This document shows, piece after piece, positions 24,341 through 36,115 of a stretch of DNA of 64,000 nt. Under the pieces are notes generated by a model. That model had not been told where the DNA came from. It saw only the letters and a list, made by a program, of their open reading frames with translations, and made no database searches. A program made the translations under genes and the position numbers. Positions within the stretch are counted from its first letter, which is position 1; every line of letters starts with the position of its first letter. Origin of the DNA: Mustelus asterias (taxonomy: Eukaryota); the NCBI RefSeq assembly GCF_964213995.1, contig NW_027590163.1:62001-126000 (forward strand), given 5' to 3'.

Positions 24341-24554
24341 TAAGAGTTTTAACAACACCAGGTTAAAGTCCGACAGGTTTATTTGGTAGCAAATACCATT
24401 AGTTTTCGGAGCGCTGACAAAGGAGCAGCGCTCCGAAAACTAATGGTATTTGCTACCAAATAAACCTGTTGGACTTTAACCTGGTGTTGTTAAAACTCTT
24501 ATTGTGTTCACCCCAGTCCAACGCCGGCATCTCCACATCATAACAACCATCGAC
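24341..24554. mobile_element. Fold-back Penelope LTR insertion (family A)
   Basis: ~75-bp inverted arms; 14-bp TSD gttgtaaaatacag 24327-24340/24555-24568; degenerate hammerhead core at centre. Confidence 0.85.
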
Positions 24555-24807
24555 GTTGTAAAATACAGCAGAATTGGAAGAACAGACAGGTTATTGTCTG
24601 ATACTGACAGTGGCAGAGTAACACACACCGGAATCTAAATACATTATATCAATGGACCATGACTCACTCACACTATCAAATGAAACCTAAACTTTGGTTA
24701 TGGTGCACTAGATACTGACTGTATTATCATTACATTGGATCTAATGCTGTGTTCGCTAACATACTGCAACGTGACTCTTATTATTTGAACAAACATTGTA
24801 TTTGTTG

Positions 24808-25068
24808 CACTCAGAGTAAGTCAGTGCTTTGCTGTGTTGTCTCTGTGCTCCATCCCCACTCTGATTGTATTGGAGCCTGTGTGTGTCATTGTTACACTCA
24901 GAGTAAGTCAGTGCTTTGCTGTGTTGTCTCTGTGCTCCATCCCCACTCTGAGTGTATTGGAGCCTGTGTGTGTCATTGTTACACTCAGAGTAAGTCAGTG
25001 CTTTGCTGTGTTGTCTCTGTGCTCCATCCCCACTCTGATTGTATTGGAGCCTGTGTGTGTCATTGTTA
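24808..25068. repeat. 87-bp minisatellite x3
   Basis: Units start at 24808, 24895, 24982, nearly identical. Confidence 0.95.
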
Positions 25069-25094
25069 TACTGAGACTCTGTCACTGTGATTAT

Positions 25095-25400
25095 TGGACA
25101 AACAGCAAGTTACCGTCACAATGACCAGCTGATTGACGGCAGCGCGGGCCAATGGGAGGAGGGGGCAGTGCTGGGGGACCGATCTGGAGCGGTCGGTCCT
25201 CCAACCAATAGGAGCGAACGAGGGGCGGGGCCAACTTTGACTCGAGCATGCGCAGTGTGAGTAATGGCGATGGAAAACGTTTATTTTGGGCTCGGAAATC
25301 TGTTCGAGGTGATTGGCGGTACGGAGAGAGCAATGGATCGCCCAGGTGGGTGGAAACGCTGCGTAAGCATGTTGTGTAAGCCGCAAACCGCAGAAGAGTG
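25095..25400 (+). promoter_or_regulatory. CpG-rich promoter / first exon of ZNF-E
   Basis: CCAAT x2, GGGGCGGGG, GCATGCGCAGT; inverted version of the module at 7370-7520; donor-like gtaagc ~25363. Confidence 0.6.
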
Positions 25401-25714
25401 CTTCCCGGACCCCGTTTGTACCGAGCAGGGCTGCAGTTCCTCATGTTCGTCTGGGGTTAACGTTCGCCATCTTTATTGGGGGCAATATGCAGCAGTGCGC
25501 ACGTGCGGCCGCCATGTTTGTAGAGGGCAATGTTGTCGATCAGTGGGAGGCGCTTGTTCCCCAGTGTTCAGAATGGAGACAACTTGTCCATCAAACTGCA
25601 TCAACCCTCTGAGTCCCAATGTCTTATTGATGAGGCAGAGGCGGTGACAGAGAAGGAAAAAGAAAGGGAAAGTAAAACAGAAAATGCTGGAAAATCTCAG
25701 CAGATCAGACAGCA

Positions 25715-26090
25715 TAGAACGTTACAGCGCGGTACAGGCCCTTCAGCCCTCGATGTTGCGCCGACCTGTGAAACCAATCTAAAGCCCCTCTAATCTACAC
25801 TATTCCAATACCATCCATATGTTTATCCAATGACCATTTAAATGCCCTTAATGTTGGCGAGTCTACTACTGCTGCAGGCAGGGCATTCCACACCCTTACT
25901 ATTCTCTGAGTAAAGAACCTACCTCTGACACCTGTCCTATATCTATCACCCCTCAATTTAAAGCTATGTCCCCTCGTGCTAGCTATCACCATCCGAGGAA
26001 AAAGGCTCTCACTGTCCACCCTATCTAATCCTCTGGTCATCTTGTACGCCTCTATTAAGTCACCTCTTCACCTTCTTCTCTCTAATGAAA
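25715..26090 (-). mobile_element. CR1 3' fragment
   Basis: TRGHSFKLRG..RGRFFTQRIVRVWNALP. Confidence 0.85.
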
Positions 26091-26099
26091 AATTACACC

Positions 26100-26185
26100 A
26101 TAGATAAGCCCCACCAACGCCTCTACTTTCTCAGAAGACTAAGGAAATTCGGCATGTCCGCTACGACTCTCACCAACCTTTACGG
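26100..26185 (+). mobile_element. Rex1/Babar-like LINE fragment
   Basis: Translates to HQRLYFLRRLRKFGMSATTLTNLY. Confidence 0.55.
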
Positions 26186-26279
26186 CTCCCGGGTCAAGGT
26201 CGGAGGATAAACATTCTCTCCACCTCCGCCACCACCCCCGCGCCCCCCCTCCCCGCACGCCCCCAAAGATCTGCACTCA

Positions 26280-28856
26280 TTGGGGAGTGACTACGCGGGG
26301 GTCCTGGGGGAGAGCGTCGCTACCGGGGAGATGCCCCTTTCGTGGCGCAGGGCCGTCATTGCCCTGCTGCCCAAGAAGGGGGATCTCCACCTGCTCAAGA
26401 ACTGGCGCCCGGTCTCCCTCCTCAGCACGGATTATAAAATCTTTGCCAGGGCTATGGCTTCACGCCTTGGATCCGTGCTGGACCACTTGATCCACCCTGA
26501 CCAGTCCTACACGGTCCCGGGCCGTTGCATACATGACAATCTCCACCTGGTCCGGGACCTAATCCATCACACCCAGAGGGCTGGTCTGTCGGGCGCCTTC
26601 TTGTCATTAGATCAGGAGAAGGCGTTCGACAGGGTGGAGCACGAGTATTTACTCGGGACTCTGCGGGCATTCGGGTTCGGGACGCATTTTGTCGCCCGGA
26701 TCCGATTACTGTACTCTGCCGCAGAGTGTCTGATTAAGGTTAACGGGTCCCTGACGGCGCCCCTTCGCTTCGGGAGAGGAGTACGGCAGGGCTGCCCCTT
26801 GTCCGGCCAACTGTATTCCGTATGCGTGGAGCCATTCCTGCGCCTCTTGCGGAGGAGGTTGTCAGGTTTGGTCCTGCGCGGACCGGACGTAGGGGTGGTC
26901 CTGTCAGCTTACGCCGACGACGTGCTCCTCATGTTCACGGACCCGGCTGACCTGCGGAGGATGCGAGAATGCCAGGCGGTGTACTCCGCCGCGTCCTCCG
27001 CCAGGATCAACTGGGCCAAGTGCTCCGGACTCCTTGTCGGTCCTTGGGAGACGGACCCCCTTCCGGAGGAGCTCAGGCCTTTCACCTGGAGCAGGACCAA
27101 CCTCCTCTACTTGGGGGCCCATCTCTGCCCAGCCGAGGAATCCTGGCCGGCGAACTGGCGGGAGCTGGAGGCCAAAGTCTCCGCCCGCCTGGGTCGCTGG
27201 ACAGGACTGCTCCGAGTGCTGTCCTACGGGGCGCGAGCTCGCGTCATAAACCAGCTGGTCGCCTCCATGCTGTGGTACCGGCTGGTCCCTTTGACCCCTC
27301 CCCCTGGCTTTGTCACCGATATCCAGAGAACCCTCGTGCGGTTCTTCTGGGGCAATCGACTGCACTGGGTCCCTGCTGCGGTCCTGTATCTCCCGCTTGA
27401 GGAGGGCGGACAAGGTCTGGTGTGCCTCCGCACTCAGATAGCGACCTTCCGCCTCCAGGCCCTGCAGAGGTACCTTTACGTTGAGCCCCCTCCACAGTGG
27501 TGTGCCATGGCGACGTATTTCTTCCGCCAGTGGCACGGCCTCAATTATGACGTGCAGCTCCTGCATATCGAACTGGGGCGTGCTTCGACCACCCTGCAGG
27601 AGTTGCCCGTCTTTTACCAGGACCTCCTCACTGTCTGGAACAAGGTCGCCTCGCGACGCAGCTCTCCCCCGTCAGGAGTAGCGGCTCTTGTGCGAGAGCC
27701 GCTGCTCAGGAATCCGCTCCTCCAGCCGTATAACTTCAGGTGGCTGGCGGAGAGGGGGGCTGTGGACGCCGGGGTGACCAGAATCGGGGACGTGCTCGAT
27801 GGCGGAGGAGCGGGCTGGATGAGTCCCCGCGTGCTGGCTGAGCGCGCGGGGACGTCCGTCCGGCGCGCGGCCAAAGCCATCCTAGACCTTAGGACGGTCG
27901 TGCTCGGCCCCGAAACTGCACGCAAACTCGAGACGGCGCAGGCGTGCGGTGGGATCCCGCCCGAGCGTTCCCCTGTTCGGGCGGAATTCCACATTGGCCC
28001 AAAGCCTCAGCCCCCTCCCCTGGGTGAGGTGCCCCACAGCCTGAGCCGCCTCGCGGAAATGCCCTCCGTGCCTTTTTCTACCGCGCGGAGGCGTTTCCTG
28101 TGCGGGCTGCTGCTGCACACCCTCCACTACCGCCTCCTCGCCTGTCGCCCGGATACACCTTGGCGGGCCTTGTTGCCGCCGGGCGGCGGAGGTCCCCGCT
28201 GGAGGTCCCTCTACGGAGGGATCTCCCCCAATTACGTCGGGGACCTGGGGTGGAGGGTGATGCATGCAGCAGTTCCGCACAACCGTAGGATTCACTGGTT
28301 CACGGGCTCCGAAGACTGCCCTTTCTGTGGCCTTGTGGAGTCCGTGGACCATGTCTATGTTGAGTGTCTTAGGCTGCACTCCCTTTATGTTTTCCTGAAG
28401 AACCTTTTATTGATGTTTTGTTTACACTTCAGTCCCACGCTCCTGATCTACGGACACCCGGTGCGGAGAGGGGAGGGTCGGGATGGCGACCTCCTCGTGA
28501 ACCTGCTCCTGGGCCTGGCGAAACGCGCCATTTACCGGTCCAGGCAGCGGGCGATCGAGGGGGCCGTCCATCCTGACTGTCTTCCCCTCTACCGCGGCTA
28601 CGTTCGCGGCCAGGTGTCCCTGGAGAGGGAGCATGCGGTGTCCACGGGCGAGGTTGACGCTTTCCGCGCCCACTGGGCACCGCAGGGGTTGGGGTGCATT
28701 ATTGACCCTGATAATCACATTTTAATTTGATGTTTTTAAGTTTCCTTTGCATTTTGATTTCTGTTCGGGCTGTTCCCCCTCCTTTTTGGGGAGCTGCCCC
28801 TTTTACTTAGTCCTGATTTAATTTGAGTTTGTTTACTTGGTTTGACCTAAAAAGAG
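26280..28856 (+). mobile_element. Tx1-clade (L1 group) non-LTR retrotransposon, 5'-truncated; uninterrupted 816-codon ORF2 part (26280-28730)
   Basis: KNWRPVSLLSTDYK, SLDQEKAFDRV, GVRQGCPLS, YADD, C-terminal CPFC-x7-H-x4-C; GC/CpG-rich; T-rich 3' UTR. Confidence 0.9.
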
Positions 28857-29544
28857 GTCTCTCTGAATGAAGATTGAGTACAGACAGACTCAAACTTCCT
28901 TCTGTCTCCCACATCTGTGAGTAAAACACTTTCTTTTATCCCCCTATCCATTTCTTTTCTCATTCTGGGGGAAATTGGGGACTTGCAGCAACTGAAGGGA
29001 AAGAAAGTGAATCCAGGGAGGCTGCAGACTCTGGAAAGGTTGGCCCAGGTCTCTCTCTTTCTGACTGAAAGACATTGACATCCTTTGCTCCCTCAGCTTG
29101 ACACATTGATTTGTCTGGCTAAAAGGATGGTCCCTTTCCTAATGTTCACAATTAAAGGGCTGGTTTTCCCAGGAGATGCCTGACATTTAAGAGAACAATA
29201 AATTAATACAGGACAGAGATATGCCTAGTGTTGTTATATTGTAGATTTGATATATTATTTATGGTTCTGTAACAAAGTACATTTATTATTATTTCTCATC
29301 TTGTAATGTAACACTGAAGCTATGTTATATATTTCCACTCATCGAGTCATTACAGCGCAGAAGGAGTCCATTCAGTAACTCAAATCCATGCCGACTCTTT
29401 GTAGAACAATCCAGTCAGTCCCATTCCCCTTCTATATTCCCTTTTCCCTGCAAGTTTATTTCCTTCATGTGCCCATCTAATTTCTGAAATATATTAAAGG
29501 GGACAGTAAACTAATATCGGACAGAGACATGTCTGATGTTGGTT

Positions 29545-29846
29545 TTTTTTAATTCATCCTTGGGACACGGGCATTGCAGGCTGGGCCAGCATTTATTGCC
29601 CATCCCTAATTGCCCTTGAACTGAATGGCTCGCTGGCCCATTTCGGAGGATGGTTGAGAGTCAACGACATTGCTGTGGCTCTGGAGTCACATGTAGGCCA
29701 GACTGGGTAAGGACGGCAGATTTCCTTCCCTTAAATTCAAATTCCACCATCTGCTGTGGCAGGATTCGAACCTGAGTCCCCAGATCATTAGCTAAGTTTC
29801 TGGATTAATAGTCTAGCGATAATACCACAAGGCTATCAGCTCCCCT
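29545..29846 (-). mobile_element. Second SINE family (tRNA-like head)
   Basis: B-box-like ggttcgaatcc on minus; related fragment at ~11885-12035. Confidence 0.55.
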
Positions 29847-30375
29847 GTTGTTATATGGTACAGATTAGATATATTATTTATAGCTCTGTAATAAAATACA
29901 CTTATTATATCTGGCTGTGTAATTTTGGACTGCAGCTATATTTTATATTTCAAACAATCTCTTCCCTCAGAGAATTGTTAGTATCTAGATTTCTCTTCCA
30001 TAGGGACCAGTGGAGGGATTGAATATATTCAAGGATGAGTTAGACAGTTTTCGAATGACAAGGGAGTCAATAATTATTGGGAACAGGCTGGAAAATGGAG
30101 AGAAAGCTCAGATGAGGAAGGATTTCTTCACTCAAGGACGTGGTGATGTTTTGGATTCTCTACCCCAGAGGACTATAGAGCCTCAGTCATCAAAAATTTT
30201 CAAGAGAGGGATTGATAGGTTTCTAGATAGTGAAGATATCGATGGATATGGGGGAAAGTGTGGGGAAAATAATGCAGAGGTAGATCAACCAATAATCTCA
30301 ATGAATGGTTGAGCAGACTCGATGGGCTGAATGCTGACTGCAGCTCCTATTTGTTCTGATTTCTGTGCTGGACAG

Positions 30376-30436
30376 GAAGCAGTGAGCATGGATCTGTCAA
30401 TCAGCCTCAATCAGCACCTTCAGGAGAATTGGGAGG
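30376..30436 (+). other. Putative 61-nt micro-exon with uORF upstream of ZNF-E
   Basis: cag|GAAG...GAGG|gtgaat; ATG at 30388; identical to ZNF-A copy. Confidence 0.5.
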
Positions 30437-31145
30437 GTGAATATTAGATACAGCAGAGTGAGAATGGAGGGAGAGTGTGTGGAATGGAGATTCACGGCTT
30501 TTGGGGAATGGGAGAGGAAAGAATGTTCATTAGAATCATAGAATTGCTGCATCTTATCAACCGTCCCTGAGCTTTCACAATGAATCCCACTTCTGAGGAC
30601 ACCCTTATCTCTGACTTGTCTGTACTGCTGGCAGTCTCACAAAGCAGCTGCCTGTGTGCTGATACGGGAGGCCCTGCTCGGCAAGTTTAATGCTCCATGA
30701 CTGTGTCTTTAATGAATGCTCCATAAACTAGAAATGTAGATTTGAATTTCGATTGTATTCTGAATTGCGATTTTTTTTTCTAAATTGACTTACAGGATAT
30801 TAGACAAGGAGAAATCAGACAGAAATCTCCAACATCACATCGAGATCTGACAGAGTGACTCGATTTCTTGGGACCTGAATATCATTGGCCTTTGAATCTA
30901 ACAGGAGAAATGTTTGTTTGGCCTCTTGGCTTCAAAAGATTGTAAACATCGCTGTGATGAGAAATGCACTGAGATACACACACCCGAGTGAGAGTGTTCC
31001 AGTGCACTGAGTGTGGAAAGAGCTTTAACCAGTTACACAGCCTGAAAATGCATCACAGCATTCACAGCGGGGAGAGACTGTACCCGTGTTCTGTGTGAGA
31101 TTTAACTGATTGTTTAACCTGGAGAGTCACAAGGACACCCGCACC

Positions 31146-31599
31146 ATGGAGAAACCGTGGAAATGTGGGGACTGTGGGAAGAGATTCGGGTTCCCATCTG
31201 AGCTGGAAATTCATCACCGCAGTCACACTGGGGAGAGACCATTCACCTGCTCTGTGTGTGGGAAGGGATTCACTCATTTATCCAGCCTGCAGAAACACAA
31301 TCTCACTCACACCAATGAGAGACCATTTAAATGCTGTGACTGTGGGAGTGGTTTTAAAAGCTCTCAGTATCTGATGTCCCACCAGCGCATTCACACTGAG
31401 GAGAGACCGTTCAGCTGCTCTCACTGCTCAAAGAAATTTAGAACTTCATGCAACCTGCAGATTCACCAGCGAATTCACACCAGGGAGAGACCGTTCACCT
31501 GCTCTGTGTGTGGGAAGGGATTCACTCATTCATCCAGCCTGCTGAGTCACAATCTCACTCACACCAATGAGAGACCCTTTAAATGCTCTGACTGTGGGA
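31146..31599 (+). pseudogene. C2H2 ZNF (ZNF-E), 5 fingers, sixth truncated by CR1 tail
   Basis: [11 protein letters not shown]...; after CSDCG the sequence switches to cagatggcctactcctgctcctagttcttatgttctt; ORF runs on to 31736. Confidence 0.75.
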
Positions 31600-31789
31600 T
31601 CAGATGGCCTACTCCTGCTCCTAGTTCTTATGTTCTTATCAGCACTGATTCCAGATTGTTCAGTACTTCTAATTTGAATCGCTCTGCTTTCCTTCTCCCA
31701 TATGTACTCTATGATGTACCGATCATGATGCCCTAACTAAACTAAAACAAAAAACCTTCTGACTCAACTAGGGATCGGTAATAAATGCT

Positions 31790-31978
31790 GTAAGAAGTTT
31801 AACAACACCAGGTTAAAGTCCAACAGGTTTATTTGGTAGCAAAAGCCACACAAGCTTTCGGAGCTGCAAGCCCCCACTCACCTGAAGAAGGGGCTTGGAG
31901 CTCCGAAAGCTTGTGTGGCTTTTGCTACCAAATAAACCTGTTGGACTTTAACCTGGTGTTGTTAAACTTCTTACTGTG
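31790..31978. mobile_element. Fold-back Penelope LTR (family A, variant subfamily) with hammerhead at 31879-31915
   Basis: Inverted arms ~75 bp; CAC-CUGAAGA-A-GGGGC..GCUCC-GAAA-GCU-U-GUG. Confidence 0.85.
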
Positions 31979-31998
31979 GTAGTTTCAGACCACAGCAC

Positions 31999-32208
31999 GA
32001 GTTTTAACAACACCAGGTTAAAGTCCAACAGGTTTATTTGGTAGCAAATACCATTAGCTTTTGGAGCGCTGCTCCTTCGTCAGCTGGAGTGGAAATGTGC
32101 TCTCAAGCTAATGGTATTTGCTACCAAATAAACCTGTTGGACTTTAACCTGGTGTTGTTAAAACCCTTGCTGTGTTCACCCCAGTCCAACGCCGGCATCT
32201 CCACATCA
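31999..32208. mobile_element. Fold-back Penelope LTR (family A)
   Basis: Inverted arms; mutated hammerhead on minus at ~32051-32087. Confidence 0.8.
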
Positions 32209-32314
32209 GTTTAAGACCACCCAGAGACGTAGTTTTCACTGTTTTGACCCCATCAGCATTCATAGGCAAACAGTTGCGGGTTGGCAATGGGCCCGGAGGT
32301 GTCATTAAATATAT

Positions 32315-32560
32315 AAGAACAAAAGACCAAAGAAAATTACAGCTCAGGAACAGGCCCTTCGGCCCTCCAAGCCTGCATCGACCATGCTGCCCGACTGAAC
32401 TAAAACCCCGTACCCTTCCGGGGACCACATCCCCCTATTCCTATCCTATTCATGTATTTGTCCAGACGCCCCTTCAAACTCACCATCGTATCTGCTTCCA
32501 CTATCTCTCCCGATGAGTTCCAGGCACTCACCACCGTCTGTGTAAATAACGTGTCTCGTA
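32315..32560 (-). mobile_element. CR1 3' end
   Basis: Matches tail of 838-1630. Confidence 0.75.
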
Positions 32561-32842
32561 CATCTATATATCCATCAAGTGTTACCGGTTGGAATGTTAT
32601 CCGGTGTTATCAACATTCTTTAATGCATATTGATTTCAAACAAATTACACGTAATTTAAATTTGCTTCCAATATACCATTAAACTTAACAATTAGAAGCA
32701 AAACATTATTTAAGTTTATTCATTTATTATTCATTATTAGTTTCACAAATCGTCTTACATTAACACTGCAATGAAGTTACTGCGAAAGTCTGAGATTCCA
32801 CAGCCAGGGAAAATAATGTATCAGCATACACCCTATCAAATT

Positions 32843-33152
32843 CATAGAATGATAGATTCCCTGCAGCACAGAAGGAGGCCATTCGGTACAACGAGCCTGC
32901 ACCGACAACAATCCCACCGACGTCAAATCCCTGCAACACCACGTATTTAACCTGCTAACCCCTCTGACACGAGGGGCAATTTATCATGGCCAATCACCGA
33001 ATCCACACATCTTTGGACTGTGGGTGGAAAGTGGAACAACTGAAAGGAAAGCCGCGCAGACACGGGGCGAACGTGCAAACTCCACACAGAGAGTCACCTG
33101 AGGCCAGAAATGAACCGGGGTCCCTGACGCTGTGAGGCAGCATTGCTAAACC
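32843..33152 (-). mobile_element. Diverged HE1-like SINE
   Basis: SINE body and tail. Confidence 0.7.
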
Positions 33153-33820
33153 CTGAACAACAGTAGCAATACTTCAAAAATTTCAAAACTTAACTCCGTG
33201 TTGAAGGCTGGAAGGAGAGTGTGACAGTGGGTGATTGGCAGTGTGCACATTCCTGTAATCAGTGACTGGGAGGATCAGGAAGATGAGATATCTGGATCTC
33301 TTTATACTGTCATCTCTAAACTCCATCTCCTCTCAGTCCCGTGTGTCTTACATTCCCTGCCCCTGCTTTCCAGGTATAGCTCGGGCTCACTACTTGTCTC
33401 TGTCTGCATTAAGCAGCTAATTGACCCTGGGAGCTGGACGGTCAGAGGAAGCTGGAGAACAGAAACAGGAAGAGAAGCGACATGATAGTGTTTCGTAAAC
33501 GACTTGTATCACTTGCTCTCCGTGATGAATGCCTGCCGTGTGTTACCTTGTAAGTTTCACAGGAGCCACAGTGATGGAGTTGGTGGGTTTTGGAAATTGA
33601 AAGTGTCACATGGCAGCTTGCGGGACTATTTCACCTCACTGTCGATTTCATGTTCCAACTAACAGAATTCGCTGTTTTCATTGGCTGAAGCAGTCACTTG
33701 TGTTCGATCTAAACATTAAACTTTGAAGGAGAAACATGCTCTGGTGAATATATGTCCAACATAAAATAAAAGGCAGGTGGTCCATGTATAAATTACTGCT
33801 TTAAAGAATTCGCATTAACT

Positions 33821-33892
33821 TCCCTGATGGTCGAGTGGTTAGGATTCAGCGCTCTCAGTACCGCGGCCCGGGTTTGATTCCCGGTCAGGGGA
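33821..33892 (+). pseudogene. tRNA-Glu(CTC)-derived, probably pseudogene
   Basis: Matches vertebrate tRNA-Glu with disrupted anticodon stem and TTCG->TTTG T-loop. Confidence 0.75.
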
Positions 33893-34355
33893 TGTCGATT
33901 TATTGCTATACCCTGTACAACAGTCCCGCGTTACTTCCGGGTCAGCACCAGTTCTGTCGCAATCAGTATAAGGGAGATTTCCTCTTTTGTGTCTGAATTG
34001 GAAATGTCACACGTCAAGAATTTTAAAAAACCGATGGACTGGAAAGCGCTGACGATAGAGATGGTGATGCGGGTAAAATTTGGCTGATAATGGGGTGGAT
34101 TTCATTGTTTCCACTGACACAAAGATCTTGCAGATCTGGATCCAAATCTCAGGCTCAGTGACAAGAAAACCTTTAACTGAATTAAACAGCAAACTTTCTG
34201 ACCTCCAGTGAAGTGGTGGCAGCTTTCACTCAGAAACCAGTAACGGTGAGATTAACAGCGCGGGATGGAGAAGGACTCAGTTTGAGTGATGAGACTGCTG
34301 GTGGAATGGCGAGCTGAAGTTCAACCAGAAATGCGGCAAAGTTTAAAAACAATCG

Positions 34356-34383
34356 CGCTCAACGTGGGGCTGGAACCCACGGT
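34356..34383 (-). pseudogene. tRNA-Lys 3' fragment
   Basis: gtgggttccagccccacgttgagcg. Confidence 0.5.
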
Positions 34384-34512
34384 CCATTAACGGTGATAAA
34401 TTCATGTTGTTCAGCAGAATTACCACAACATAATTTAATCACAGGTTGATACTAACACTGCCCTTTGAACGCAGCGAGCTGCAGTAAAATTGAATGTAGT
34501 AGAAAGGCCGAA

Positions 34513-34680
34513 ACGGTGGGACAGTTGTTCGAACTGATGCCTCACAGCCCCAGTGACTAAGGTTCAATTTCTCGGGTTACTGTATATGCGGAGTTTTCAC
34601 GTTCTCCCCCTGTCTGCGTGGGTTTCCTCCTGGTGATCCGCTTTCCTTTTCAAAGATGTGTGGGTTAGGTTGATTGTCAT
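34513..34680 (+). mobile_element. Diverged SINE 5' part, cut by Penelope
   Basis: gtgggtttcctcc...caaagatgtgtgggttagg. Confidence 0.6.
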
Positions 34681-35082
34681 GATGTGGAGATGCCGGCGTT
34701 GGACTGGGGTAAACACAGTCAGGAGTTTAACAACACCAGGTTAAAGTGCAACAGGTTTATTTGGTCGCAAAAGCCACAAGATTTCGGAGCCTTAAGCTCC
34801 TTCTTCAGGTGAGTGGGAATTCTGTTCACAAACAGGGCATAGAAAGATACAAACTCAATTTACAGAATAATGGTTGGAATGCGAATCCTTGCAGCTAATC
34901 AAGTCTTAAAGGTACAAACAATGTGAGTGGAGAGAGCATTAAGACAGGTTAAAGAGATGTCCAGATAGGACAGCCAGTGAAATTCTGCAAGTCCAGGCGA
35001 GCTGTGGGGATTACAGATAGTGTGACATGAACCCAATATCCCGGTTGAGGCCGTCCTCATGCGTGCGGAACTTGGCAATCAG
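34680..35082 (-). mobile_element. Penelope 3' end plus LTR with hammerhead (34775-34811)
   Basis: LIAKFRTHEDGLNRDIGFMSHY matches the ORF end at 13395-13469; CAC-CUGAAGA-A-GGAGC..GCUCC-GAAA-UCU-U-GUG. Confidence 0.85.
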
Positions 35083-36115
35083 TAAAGAGATTAAAAGGGA
35101 AGGTCTGTGATAGAGAGTATAACAGGATGGATGAACTGAAACAAGGAATGATGGACAAGGGCAACATTGGCTGGTTCTCATTATTTTTAAACTTTGCTGC
35201 TTTCCTGGGTGAACTCCAGCTCTCCATTCCTCCGGCAGCGTCACCAATCAAACTGAGTCTTTCTCTATCCCACTTTGTTAATCTCACAGTTACTGCTTTC
35301 TGAATGAAGACTGCTTGGAATCAGTCTAAGTCAAATAGATTACTGCTAAATTCAGTGAGAAGTTTCTTGTCATTCAGCAAGATATTTTTATCCAGAAATG
35401 AGTGATATTTTTGTCAGTGCAAACGGTTAAATCGACACATTACCACACAGATTTTACCTTATATCAACATCTCCAACGTCAGGCTATCACTATCTTTCAC
35501 TATCAGTATTGGTTGTCGAACTGACCTGATGCCCATATGACATTTCCAACTCGGAAGCAAAAATACTAATCTCACTCCACTGTTTCTGGCAGAGCTACTT
35601 TCGAGCAGAAAGTATTGCAGGTTTCTTTATCAAAACATTTAAATCTTAATATATCGCAGCCAGTCTGCGACTCGGAAAGGGCTGAACCCGAACCACTAGG
35701 ATCTCATCTTCCTGATTCTCCCAAATACTTATGACAGGATTGTGCACAGTGCCAATTATCGACATTCATACACTCCTCCCTGTCTGTTAAGACATTAAAT
35801 TGTTCATATTTTCACACTGGCTTCCAGTGTGACGAAAGCAGAGCTGTGATATGCTGATGTTGTTCAGCATCTTTAACACAACAGGTTTATAAAAGTTCGA
35901 TGCTAACATTGCTCTTTAAACGTGATGAGCTACAGTGAAATATAATGCAGCTGAAGGTAGCCTACTCATTTTTGCAGGAGGAATCAGCAAGGGCAATGTA
36001 AATATGAATTGCTGTGGATAATTGATGGAAATGTGCAATGGGACTGATATTTCGCCCTGCTGTTCAAATTGCCACAGGTACTGAACGACCATTTGTAGAT
36101 TGCTTATGTGTGCTG

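Noticed and set aside
24749-25124. Cys-rich repetitive ORFs
   Set aside because: Arise from an 87-bp (3n) minisatellite open in several frames
26452-28718. Multiple antisense and alternate-frame ORFs
   Set aside because: By-product of high GC in the Tx1 ORF2
31790-32208. Recurrent palindromic repeats as a CRISPR array or TIR DNA transposon
   Set aside because: No repeat-spacer periodicity or cas genes; sequence equals the LTR attached to a Penelope GIY-YIG ORF, and arms are asymmetric with variable ends
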